A stretch of DNA of 38,184 nucleotides, taken from Octopus sinensis. Its lineage: Eukaryota. Both the position numbers and the translations under genes were made by a program. Positions 23,102 through 34,186 of this stretch are shown piece by piece. How positions within the stretch are numbered: the first letter of the stretch is position 1; the number at the start of each line of letters is the position of its first letter. The stretch is taken from positions 1 to 38,184 of the forward strand of contig NW_021832600.1 in assembly GCF_006345805.1 (NCBI RefSeq), in the 5' to 3' direction. The notes beneath the pieces were generated by a model that had not been told where the DNA came from, ran no database searches, and saw only the letters and a program-made list of their open reading frames with translations.

Positions 23102-23490
23102 TATACACATACATACATACATACATACATACATACATACGTAAATATACGTATATATATATACATGCATATATGCATAATACAAATATATACACACGTA
23201 TATATATGTATATCTGTCTATCTATCTATCTATCTCTCTATCTATCTATCTATCTCTCTATCTATCTATCTTCTATCTATATATATATATATATTATAAT
23301 ATATATGTATACACATACATACATACATACATACGTACGTACATACATACATACATACATACATACATACATACGTACGTACATACATACATACATACAT
23401 ACATACATACATACATACATACATACGTACGTACGTACATACATACATACATACGTACATACATACATACACACATACATACATACACAT

Positions 23491-23521
<31 letters not shown>

Positions 23522-23666
23522 TACATACATACATACATACATACATACATACATACATACATACATACATACATGCACGCACACACACACACTTATATAT
23601 TGAACAGAGCACGAGCGCCGCGAATGAGAGAGGGAGAGAGGGAGACAAGCAGAGAACGAGAGAGAG

Positions 23667-23710
<44 letters not shown>
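23040..23710. repeat. Compound (TA)n-(TCTA)n-(ACAT)n-(GA)n microsatellite block
   Basis: Direct observation. Confidence 0.95.
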
Positions 23711-23716
<6 letters not shown>

Positions 23717-24114
23717 ACAAAGCCAGAGAGAATAAATGCAATGGAAAGACAAACTGAGCGCGAAAAGACAAAAAAGACACAACATTGTGTCTTTATTTAA
23801 GCAGCTACTTGAAACGTAATAAAGGAAGAGTTGTTGCTGTGTGTATATGCGTGTATATATGCGTGTGTATATGTGTGTGTATAATTGAATTATATATATA
23901 CACTCCTAGTCATATTACGAGGAGCATTATGAAGTGTATATAAATTACATAAAAGTGAACTTTGAATAGTCCTCTCGGTTTCTCTGGGGACGACATCTTG
24001 ACTGAAAGCGGCTCTCCGTTGACAATATACGTAGGATATTATTATTGTGGGCAATGGGTGCATGTTTGTCTGTGTGGGTATGTGTGTGTGGTGAGCGTGT
24101 AAGTGTTTGTGCGT

Positions 24115-24506
24115 GGAGGTGCAATGGCCCAGTGGTTAGGGCAGCGGACTCGCGGTCATAGAATCGCGGTTTCGATTCCCAGACCGGGCGTTGTGAGTGT
24201 TTATTGAACGAAAACACCTAAAGCTCCACGCGGCTCCGGCAGGGGATGGTGGTGATCCCTGCTGTACTCTTTCACCACAACTTTCTCTCACTCTTACTTC
24301 CTGTTTCTGTTGTACCTGTATTTCAAGGGGCCGGCCTTGTCACTCTCTGTGTCACGCTGAATATCCCCGAGAACTACGTTAAGGGTACACGTGTCTGTGG
24401 AGTGCTCAGCCACTTACACGTTAATTTCACGAGCAGGCTGTTCCGTTGATTCGGATCAACCGGAACCCTCGTCGTCGTAACCGACGGAGTGCTTCCATTC
24501 CATTCC
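24115..24506 (+). mobile_element. SINE family C, tail type 2 ending GACGGAGTGCTTCCATTCCATTCC
   Basis: First ~180 nt match the reverse complement of 14850-15030; the 3' half differs. Confidence 0.9.
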
Positions 24507-24679
24507 AAGTGTTTGTGCACCTGTCGTGTGTGTGTCTGTGTGTTTGGAATGAATCGTAGTGACAAACTACGAATCTTGCCTTTTTGTTGTTGTTGTTCTT
24601 GCACACGTGCTATAAAATCGTGTGGAAGTTCAGGTCCGTTTGTAATTACCGCTAGCTGATTGGTTATCTTTTTACTTCT

Positions 24680-25040
24680 TTCAGTCATTTGACTACGACC
24701 ATGCTGGAGCACCGCCGTCTTTCGTCGAGCAAATTGACCCTAGAACTTATTCTTTGTAAGCTTAGTACTTATTCTATCGGTCTCTTTTGCCGAACCGCTA
24801 AGTTACAAGGACGTAAACACACCAGCATCGGTTGTCAAGCGACGTTGGGGGGACAAACACAGACACACAAACATATACACACACATACATATACATATAC
24901 ACGACGGGCTTCTTTTAGTTTCCATCTACCAAATCAACTCACACGGCCGTGGTTGGCGCAAGGTTATAGTAGAAGACACAGGCCCAAGGTGCCACGCAGT
25001 TGGACTGAACCCAGAACCATGTGGTTGGTAAGCAAGCTAC
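24680..25040 (-). mobile_element. SINE family B (CORE-like), near complete
   Basis: Reverse complement has GGGTTCAGTCC (B-box), TGCGTGGCACCTTGGGCCTGTGTC (CORE-like), an internal microsatellite and the family B tail. About 15 nt of the 5' end are missing. Confidence 0.88.
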
Positions 25041-25191
25041 TTTTATTCGTCAAATTGGCCATGAAAGTATCTGCGGGCTGGACAAAGACATTAGTGAGAT
25101 GAGGATGATAATGATGAACAATAATGGGAGGGGCACTGGCGCCCGCCGACCGATAACCCCTCGAAATCACTGTTCTTTTATTCAATTTTAC

Positions 25192-26503
25192 TCAAAGAAT
25201 CACCAAAATTGCAAAATTTCCCTTAATCTTCCTTTTTCTCAACCGAGCCCCTGCATAAGTTCCCTGCCGCCTGCAGGAAAGCCTGCATCGGCAGGTCGGA
25301 GCCCGGAAAGAGAAAAGCAAAGTCTTTTTTCCAAAGGTCACCATGACCTCAAAAAGTTCTTTTTGCGTTATGACTTCCGCTGCCACCTGCGGAGGTCAAC
25401 TTGGACAGTCAATGCAGACCGAGTCGTAACGTTGTCGGTCGAGAAGACCGTCCAAGAATCCCTCGACAGTCCCTCCCTTGTGATAGAAAATGACGGGTTC
25501 CACCTCTTCCTCACGGGGATGGTCCTCAGCCTGCTCTGTTAGTGACACAATTCCCACTGTCGGAGTCTTTTCTGCCGGTGGCACACATCCCACCAGCATA
25601 TCATTGGGATCTGTCGGCGGCACATCAACCTCCACCGACCGTCTCCCATTTTTTCTTTTTCTTCTTTTATTTCTCTTCTTTGGGTTTTCGGTAGTCAGGG
25701 CCTCTATCGACTTATCCGTGAGGTCTGCCTCCTCTTCCGCAACCTGTATGTCTTTTGGTGAGCATTGTTGCTCGCCTTTCTTTTCTTTTTCGGGGAGGCG
25801 ACCGCCTCCACTACTTCCTCCGTCTCCCCCTCCAATGGGGTGGGGGCGGAGGGCACCTTTTCTTTTTTCTTCTGCTCCAGGGCCTTATCGCGGCCCTGGG
25901 GGCAGTTCTTTTTGATGTGGCCTGGTTCGAGGCACAGGTGACACTTGGGGGTGGGAAGCGACCCTTAAGAATCACCGGATACCTGGCCCCGGCCATTACG
26001 AAAAAATCAGGGAATACTAGGTCTCCGGCCGACTGGGTCCAAAGAGACAGAACTGCTTTTGACCCTATCCAATCGGCCGCGGCCTCCACCCCGACACTGA
26101 GGAGCTTGGTTCTACTACCGCCCAGACCTCTACGAATGGTCTGTTCTATCCACTCAGACCGAATTTCGGGTGGCAGCCCACATACCCAAGCCTTGATTAT
26201 TTTCTTCCCACAATATGTGGGAAAGAACAAAATCTCATCTCCTTCTAGGGTTTGACTTGCCGCAGTGCAAGCTTTCTCAGGGGTGTCAAATAGCAGCCGC
26301 ACCGTTGCATACTTGACACCCCTGGACACAAAGTAATTTTTTGCTGGCAAACATTTTGCCAGCTCTTTATCAATGATACTCTTGTCGAAGGGGGCAACGG
26401 CATCACACGACCTAGAATAGGTCCGTAGTACCACCGTCCTCCTCTCAAGATTGGGTGGGACAATCTCCCACTCCAAAGTGGTGGCCTTATCTTCTTTCAT
26501 ATT
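25192..26503 (-). pseudogene. ORF1/gag-like nucleic-acid-binding protein (~435 aa): RRM-like region plus CCHC zinc knuckle
   Basis: ORF 25811-26530 (TVRLLFDTPEKA...VCGLPPEI) shifts frame into PKCHLCLEPGHIKKNCP (C-x2-C-x4-H-x4-C, ~25905-25950). A second shift near 25785 leads into ORF 25396-25635; an in-frame TGA is followed by ORF 25192-25386 in the same frame. Confidence 0.72.
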
Positions 26504-26680
26504 AAAATGTCCACATAAAATAAACAACAAACAACAATTCTAAACACAGGAAAAATAGAGAAAAGTGTTCAATAAAGGCGGAAGAAATGAAAATAATAGT
26601 TCATACCAAAAATAGTTCATAAAAGAAAGAAAAAGGAAACACAACAGTTCACAAAGAGTAAATAAAGATATACAGTTCCA

Positions 26681-26881
26681 GGCAGAAAAAGATTCAGGTC
26701 ACAATGGTACTCCGGCCCTATTCGATCCCGGCTCCTTTGCAGCTCTCAGTTTGATGGTAAAATCCAGTTCTTTGCTTGTAACTAAGCAAAAAAAAGTTTT
26801 TAATCTCTTCTTTAATTCTTCTTCAATTTTTCTCCTCTGTCGAGAAACAACAATTTACTTCAAAAAGTTCCAGCTTGCTTC
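26681..26881. repeat. ~200-bp direct repeat, copy 1 (copy 2 at 27478-27720 has a ~47-bp insertion)
   Basis: GGCAGAAAAA..TTCAGG.CACAATGGTACTCC.GCCCTATTCGATCCCGGCTCC...CAATTTACTTCAAAAAGT present in both copies. Confidence 0.9.
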
Positions 26882-27477
26882 TCCGGCTGTTCAAACAGTC
26901 CCACCAGCAACAAGCCACACATACACTTTGCTTGCAAAACAAGTAACAAATTCACCGCCAAACGTAATCGAAATTGCCCCCAGAGCAGGGCAGATATACT
27001 GTAATAAAAATAAGACGACAATTCTACCCAGCTCAGAAAAAACGAAATCGCTCACCCTGACGGCGACCTTTTTCTCTAAGACGGAGCTAAACAGCTAACC
27101 GTCTTCAATAAAGGCAGAAGAAATAAAAATACGTAAAGTGTACTAGCCATCTGAATGTGGCTAGCCACTGGGGGTGGGGTGTTACTGACGCTTTTAGCCC
27201 CAGGAGATCAACGTCACCAGCTGGCCTTAGACACAATTTCAGTGCCCTTGTGTTATTTGCAAAGGGAGGTCTTCCTCCCTCGAAAACCTAAGTGATACAT
27301 ACGGACTATAGTTTCAAGGTAATTGCCTCTCGTCAACGCATGGTAAACACCGGTTTTCGATGAAGGAGACCTTTGCAAATAATAATATTTAACGTTTTTC
27401 ACAGCAACCACAGTCACTGATTTAGAAAAACTGTCTGAAAGCATTAATAAATCTCATATTAAAAGAAAGAGAAAGGA

Positions 27478-27720
27478 GGCAGAAAAAAATTCAGGCCACA
27501 ATGGTACTCCAGCCCTATTCGATCCCGGCTCCTTTACAGCTCTCAATTTGATGGTAAAACCCAGTTCTTTGCTTGTAACTAAGCAAAAAATGTTTTAATC
27601 TCTTCTTCAAATCCATTATTTTCGCAACTTCTTAGTTGGTTTGAAAACAACAATAATTCTCCTTCAATTTTTCTCTACTGTAGAGAAACAACAATTTACT
27701 TCAAAAAGTAGCTTAGCTTC
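27478..27720. repeat. Direct repeat, copy 2
   Basis: See copy 1. Confidence 0.9.
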
Positions 27721-28252
27721 GTGCGTGTTTGTGTGTGCATGCGTTTGCGTGTGTGCGTGCGTATGCGTGCGTGCACTCGTGTATGTATATTCTATGTGGA
27801 CACTATATTCTCTATACGCGTGTGTGTGTGTGTTGACACTATATATTTTCTCTATTTATAAGTAAAATAGACACCGGAGATGCTTTGCCCTGAGCGGAAA
27901 CTGCAGGGGCTACTCTGAGATATTGCAAGCGCTTCTTATGGCGACAAAATCTATTGCTTGCAATGCTGGAAACTCTGTTCTTTCTTCAGCAACTATATAT
28001 TAGTGTCAGTGGCTATTTTGCCTCTTAGCTTGTCCTCTTCTCCTGCTTGCGGTGCGAGGATTAAATTAACCATCCTCTGCAGAAGTGTTCCATCTGTTGT
28101 TGATCACAACTACCTTGAACCAGTCTCAGCTGCCATGTTTATCTTTTTGTTGGTTTTCTGCAGTTGTTTCCGTTACGTGAACATTATATATTTTCTCCGT
28201 TTGCATATATAACTATATAGAGACTACATATTCTTTCTGTTGACATCTTCTA

Positions 28253-28934
28253 GGGAGTGCTGACAAGTTCCTGGCTTTTGGTAAAAGAAAATACAGGAGG
28301 ATCTATTAATTACGATTTTATCCAACGTATTCTCCTCGCAGATTCACTCTTATTGTGGAGGTCCTTCAGTTTTTCTAAGCCATGTAAGTATCTAAGTAGA
28401 GATTTCAAACTTAAAATCTTCAAAGACTCAGTCGAACCAATTCTACTATAAAGCTCAGAAACCTGGACGTTATCAAAGAAGCTTGAGAGGCTGTTGGATG
28501 GAACCTACACTCGCCTCCTTATGAGAGCTCAAAATCTCTTGTGGAAGCCTCATCCAACCAAAGTACAAATATATGGGAAACTACCACCTGTATCATCTCT
28601 TGTGAAAGGTAGAAGAGTCCAGTTTGCTGGACATTGTTGTAGAGCTGAAAAAAAGGTAATTTCTACTCTTCTCCTCTGGAAGCCATCTGCTCGCGATACC
28701 AGAGGGCGCACACTCTCCTACTCTGATGTAATCTCCAGGGATTCAAGCATCCAGCAACAGGACCTCCGTAATGTTTTGATGGACCGTGAAGTCTGGCGTA
28801 ACATGGTAAATTCCATTGTCTCGACCACGGTCGAACAATGATGATGACGAAACTCTGTAAAAGAACTCGGAAGTTTGGACCCTCAACCAGGCCTTTCGCG
28901 ATACCCTAAAAGCCAGGGACTTTTCAGCATCCCC
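28253..28934 (-). mobile_element. Mariner-derived MITE split by an RTE insertion
   Basis: TA-flanked TIRs GGGAGTGCTGACAAGTTCCTGGCTTTT and reverse complement GGGGATGCTGAAAAGTCCCTGGCTTTT. The halves 28253-28388 and 28852-28934 rejoin to match 13068-13238. Confidence 0.85.
28389..28851 (+). mobile_element. 5'-truncated RTE-clade LINE, 3' end with (TGA)n tail
   Basis: LSRDFKLKIFKDSVEPILL*SSETWTLSKKLERLLDGTYTRLLMRA...RRVQFAGHCCR...MDREVWRNMVNSIV* followed by TGATGATGA. Confidence 0.88.
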
Positions 28935-29008
28935 TATAATTATACTAATGTGTCCATCTGTTTTAATTTAATTAAATTAAAGCAGATGGACACATTAGTA
29001 TAATTATA
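28935..29008. repeat. 74-bp spacerless palindrome with 1 mismatch
   Basis: TATAATTATACTAATGTGTCCATCTG-TTTTAATTTAATTAAATTAAAG-CAGATGGACACATTAGTATAATTATA. Confidence 0.95.
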
Positions 29009-29330
29009 CCTAAAATCTCCCAAAAGTTAAGGAGATAGACAAAGAACATGCTGTCTTACCTCCAGCCTAGAAGCTACATAGAAGCTGTTTTAATTTAATT
29101 AAATTCTATGTCTTTGTGCAGCTGAGGATTGCTCTGCATTTTAAATTGATGTAATATTTGCATTGTTCAATTAAATGAAGTTGCATGAAACAATCGTACT
29201 GCATTACCTCTGGATATCCTTGTTGCTTATTTTGATTTTAATCACCTTACTTTGAAAGTGTATGGATAATACAGTACTAAATTCTGGTGCCTTAACGTAA
29301 GTACCATATTCATCTGAATCTAAATTTTTG

Positions 29331-29360
<30 letters not shown>

Positions 29361-29363
<3 letters not shown>

Positions 29364-30050
29364 GTTGCTCACACGTGACCATCGTCCATCTTTCTTTCCT
29401 TGCACATGCGTTTAAACGAACGGACGCTTTTTTCCTCTCTCTCTTCTATCTTTTCTCTTTTCAAAAAAGAAAAAATGTTTCTCCCAGCGTTCACTATTTT
29501 CTTCCTGTTCTGGTCTAGCGACCCTCCATGTTTGTTTTCGTTCGGTTTCCTTGTATGTCTCCATTGTCATTTTTTTGTTCCCAACTTTGACCCTCCATAA
29601 ATCTTAAATTTTATTGACTCATATTGTCGTTGAATGCTCGAAATGAGGAGTAGATAGACAACCGACAACTGATGAAGGGTCCTTTCTCTGTGTTAAATTG
29701 TCCGATTTTCCATTTTTTTTCTCGTTGTTTCACTCGTTTGTTTATATATTTCATGTTATTTGCACCGTTGGTGACGTCCTGTACCCATATATGCATGTAT
29801 GTATCACCTTCGAAACGTAGAGTAGATGAAACCATAGCGACTGAAGAAGGGGCTTTTTCTTTGTGTTAATTGTCCTGTACTCTATTTTTTTGTTGTTTAA
29901 AAAATGTCCAGTTCCTTTGGTTTGTGTCTATGTTTTCGTTTCTCTTTGTGTTCGACGTCTTTTTGGTGTCCTGTACTCATATATGCGTGTATATGTACAT
30001 GTAGAGGTAGGTACGTACATATATGTATGTATATATGTATATGTTTATTT
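29361..30050 (+). mobile_element. Penelope-like repeat with a ~172-bp tandem dimer containing degenerate hammerhead motifs
   Basis: Units 29640-29811 and 29812-~30000 each read GAAA.G..GAGTAGAT...CTGA(T/A)GAAGGG...GTCCTGTAC.CATATATGC. Confidence 0.45.
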
Positions 30051-30072
30051 TATTTATTAATATATGTATGTA

Positions 30073-30103
<31 letters not shown>

Positions 30104-30664
30104 AGTAACGAAAAATTTTTTTAAAAAAGCAGAATGCTCAAATGAAAGAAAAAAAAAAAATATATATATATATATATATATGTAAACATCATATTTTCTC
30201 TGTCTGTCTATGAAAACACTATACATTCTTTCTGTTGACGTACATTGCAGACACTATATATTTACATTCATATTCACGTGGACACTTTATCTAATCGGTC
30301 CGTTTGCACAGATCTACACAAATAAAAGAATTTTAAATATAATTGGAAACTCGTTATGTATTTATGCCTGGTATGTAAACGGATTAACTTCTAAGTTTTT
30401 CATAATTTTACGCTCGAAAATCCCGTGAAAAGCGTATCCGTCAGTTATTTAATTATACATAATGATGTCTCATCCTCTTCCCATTATAATTTTTGTTCAA
30501 TTATTGCGTTTAATTAAGTTGAACGGAAACCAATTAATTACTATTGTCTCCTTGGTTTTAGTGCAAAACAGTTCAACCCACGAAGCAGTCGGTGAAGAGA
30601 CTTTTATCCGGCAGAGAGAGGCGAACCGAAATAGGATCCTTCTCCTCGCTGTGCACACACACTT

Positions 30665-30689
30665 CTCTCCTATATTTCTTTATTTTTTT

Positions 30690-30737
<48 letters not shown>

Positions 30738-31515
30738 TTTCTCTTTCTTTCTTTCTTTCTTTCTTTCTTTTTCTCTTTCTTTCTTTCTTTCTTCTTTTCT
30801 TCCTTCTTTCTTTCTTTCTTTCTTCCTTCTTTCTTTCTTTCTTTCTTCCTTCCTTCTTTCTTCTTCCTTCTTCTTTTTTCTTTCTTTCTTCTTCTTCTTC
30901 TTTCTTTCTTTCTTTCTTTCTTCCTTCTTCTTTTCTTTATTTCCTTCTTTCCTTCCTTCCTTTCTTCTTCCTTCCTCTTTCTTTCCTCTTTCTTATTTCC
31001 TTCTTTCTTCTTCCTTCTTTCTTCTTTCTTCCTTCTTCTTTTTTCTTTCCTTCTTCTTTCTTCCTTCCTTCTTTCTTTCCTTCCTTCTTTCTTTCCTTCT
31101 TCCTTTCTTTCTTTCTTCCTTTCTTCTTTTGTTTCTTTCCTTCTTTCCTTCCTTCCTTCTTTTCTTTTTTTCCTTCCTTCTTTCTCTCCTTCTTTCCCTC
31201 CTCTTTCATTCTTTCTTTCTTTCTTTCCTTTCCTTCCTTCTTTCTTTCTTTCTTTCTCTCTTTCTCTCTTTCTCTCTTTCTCTTTCTTTCTTTCTTACTT
31301 CCTTTCTTTCCATTCTTCATTTTCTCTCCTTTTCTCTTTTTCTTTCTTCCTTCTCTCTTTCTTGTTTTCTTTCTTTCACTTTCTTTCATTTCCGTTATCT
31401 TTCTCTATTTTCTTTCCTTTCTCTTTTTTCCTTAATCTCTTTCTTATTTCCTCTTTTTCCCCTCTTTCTTCCTTCTCTTCTCGTCATTCTTTCTTTTCTC
31501 TTTCTCTCTCCCCAT
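30665..31515. repeat. ~850-bp polypyrimidine (CTTT/CTT/CCTT)n tract
   Basis: Direct observation; almost purine-free on the plus strand. Confidence 0.97.
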
Positions 31516-31644
31516 TCTTCCTTCCTTCAATCCGCCCCCCTCCACCAAATCACACCCGTATACCTGTCCCAATATTTGAATATTGTTTATGTGGTAGTTT
31601 TTTTTTGCCCAACTTTAGATAGAACAGTGGTGCATCACTATCAC

Positions 31645-32183
31645 CTACACCACCACCGCCGCTACCTCCACCACCACCACCACCACCACCTCCACCACCT
31701 CCACCACCACCACCACCACCATCACCACCACCACCTCCACCACCATCATCACCGCCACCGCCGCCACCACCACCACCTCCACCTCACCTCCACCACCACC
31801 ACCACCACCTCCACCACCTCCACCACCACCTCCACCACCACCTCCACCACCTCCACCACTACCACCACCACCTCCACCACCTCCACCACCACCACCACCA
31901 CCTCCACCACCACCACCTCCACCACCACCACCACCACCACCACCTCCACCACCACCACCACCACCACCATCACCACCACCACCTCCACCACCATCATCAC
32001 CGCCACCACCCCACCACCTCCACCTCCACCACCACCACCACCACCTCCACCACCTCCACCACCACCACCACCACCTCCACCACTACCACCACCACCACCA
32101 CCTCCACCACCACCACCACCACCTCCACCACCACCACCAACACCACGACAATCAATAACGACAATAACCACCACCACAACCGT

Positions 32184-32227
<44 letters not shown>

Positions 32228-32229
32228 AC

Positions 32230-32261
<32 letters not shown>

Positions 32262-32275
32262 CAACAACACCGCAA
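31645..32275. repeat. (CAC/CCT)n-(CTA)n-(CAA)n trinucleotide block
   Basis: Direct observation; source of the polyH/polyT/polyP pseudo-ORF. Confidence 0.95.
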
Positions 32276-32599
32276 TCTCCACCAGCAAGGGTAACAGTAT
32301 AACCCGTAGTATCACCACCAGCACCAACGCTACGCACATCACCCGACCAACATGTAGACCTTCGTTTTATGATGAGCAAACAAGAGACGTCTTCGTGTGG
32401 TGGTAGCCGAGCCTGCTGGAAACACAGCAGCCAAATCTCCCTCATATCACAATGTACAATATTGTAAAAAAAAAAAAAAGAGAAAGACAATGGATAATAT
32501 AGTCTTGGACAATGTATGGGATAGAACAAAAAATAAATATCAGATGCGATGGTCACATCTGGAACGTATTTATCATAAATTTGCCCATTTTGGGTCAAG

Positions 32600-32665
32600 A
32601 ACAACTACTGCTCCTGCTACTACTACTACTACTACCACCACCACCACCACACTACTACTACTACT

Positions 32666-32708
<43 letters not shown>

Positions 32709-32710
32709 GA
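32600..32710. repeat. (CTA)n/(CCA)n microsatellite
   Basis: Direct observation. Confidence 0.95.
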
Positions 32711-33269
32711 GCTCTTCCAAAAATCCACCTTATTGCCGCTAAACGAGCGTTTAAAATTACCCCAATTTTTTTTCTTCTTACTTTTGAAGGGGATTCGGGA
32801 GTAGGGGTTAGCAAAGTAAGATATAACTTTGAACTTATGACCCAAAGCTAAAAAAAAAATAAACAGAAAAGAAAAAAAAATATATCAAAAGATTGTTTGA
32901 AAAAACAGCAAAAAAAAAAAAGAAAAGAAGAAAAAAGATCTTTTAAAGTATAATTCTTCTGAAATTTGAACCAGCATCCACAGTGTTTGAATAAGAATCA
33001 GTTACACAGCCCGGATAAATACTTTGGTAAACATAAACATTTTTCCTTTGACAAGCTGAAGTCTTCGGAAATGGATATGTCATGTGATCTAGCTTAGATC
33101 TTTTCACTCTGGTTACATAGAACACCCCTCTGACACCCGATCTACTTTCAATTAGCATAGTCACATAGTACACCTACCCGCACTTCTCCCCCATCCACGG
33201 TTCACTCCCCTTCTTTCCTCATATCCCTGCCCCGTTCTCCCCGTTCTCCCCGTCTCCTCGTCAGACCAT

Positions 33270-33580
33270 CATCATGACAAGGCCCCTTACCACCACCACC
33301 AACAACAACAATCTCTACTTGTCTATGCTTCCCTTGTACCACATTTTTTCTTCCGTTATCCTCCACCACCACCACTACGATCATCACCGCCATCAAGATT
33401 ACTACTACTACTACTACTACTACTACTGCTGCTGCTGTTGCTGCTACTACTACTACTACTACTACTGCTGCTGCTGCTACTACTACTACTACTACCATCA
33501 ACATCACAGTTACCATCACCGCCGTCACCAACATTAGCACTTCCAGCACTACAGACACCACCAGCACACCACCATTACCA
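33270..33580. repeat. Degenerate (CAC)/(CTA)/(CTG) trinucleotide tract
   Basis: Direct observation. Confidence 0.9.
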
Positions 33581-33721
33581 TCAGACAGTTCACATAGTCA
33601 TCCAACTTGCTAGAAATAGCAGCAAATATATATATATATTCCGTTTGTTTCTTTCGTTATTCGCAAAAAAAGTTCGTATTCCATGTTTTCGTATTTTGTA
33701 TTTCATGTTGTTTTTGTAATA

Positions 33722-34186
33722 CCTATTTCTTAAACACAGAGGGGACAAACAAGGACAGACATAGGTATTAAGTCGATTACATCGACCCCAGTGCGTAACT
33801 GGTACTTAATTTATCGACCCCGAAAGGATGAAAGGCAAAGTTGACCTCGGTGGAATTTGAACTCACAACGTAACGCAGACGAAATACCGCTAAGCACTTC
33901 GCCAGCTCGCCGCCTTTCTTAAGAACGTTTCTGCCAGCTCGCCGCCTTTCTTAAGAACGTTTCTGCCAGCTCGCCGCCTTTCTTAAGAACGTTTCTGCCA
34001 GCTCGCCGCCTTTCTTAAGAACGTTTCTGCCAGCTCGCCGCCTTTCTTAAGAACGTTTCTGCCAGCTCGCCGCCTTTCTTAAGAACGTTTCTGCCAGCTC
34101 GCCGCCTTTCTTAAGAACGTAGCAGCAGACGAAATACCACAAAGCATTTCGCCCGGTGCGCTAACGTTTCTACCAGCTCGCCGCCT
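33722..34186 (-). mobile_element. SINE family A composite: body, 32-bp array, then a second head
   Basis: Family A body at 33722-33900, array at 33901-34120, second 5' head at 34113-34186. Confidence 0.88.
33901..34120. repeat. Perfect tandem array, 7 x 32 bp (last unit partial): GCCAGCTCGCCGCCTTTCTTAAGAACGTTTCT
   Basis: Identical units starting at 33901, 33933, 33965, 33997, 34029, 34061 and 34093. Confidence 0.97.

Larger units (their letters stand above)
25041..27720 (-). mobile_element. ORF1-only Tx1/L1-like non-LTR element (HAL1-like), with repeated 5' modules
   Basis: One gag-like ORF, then a ~150-nt 3' region with AATAAA twice, ending at 25041. No endonuclease or RT sequence recognised. 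The 5' boundary is approximate. Confidence 0.6.

Noticed and set aside
24115-24190. tRNA-like sequence (also 14955-15030 and the family A/B heads)
   Set aside because: These are SINE heads with A/B boxes that continue into SINE bodies; I could not form a complete cloverleaf, so they are not called tRNA genes.
26705-26735. TATTCGATCCCGGCTCC resembling a tRNA T-arm/B-box in the duplicated block
   Set aside because: No A-box or tRNA 5' half at the appropriate distance; treated as coincidental.
30462-32406. Long ORFs of 386 aa and 604 aa (F/L/S-rich, polyH, polyT, polyP)
   Set aside because: They are translations of pyrimidine and trinucleotide microsatellites that lack stop codons by composition; no domain or splice structure.
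33901-34120. 32-bp repeats of CRISPR-like length with internal palindromes
   Set aside because: Units are directly adjacent with no spacers, derive from a SINE head, and there are no cas genes; the context is eukaryotic.
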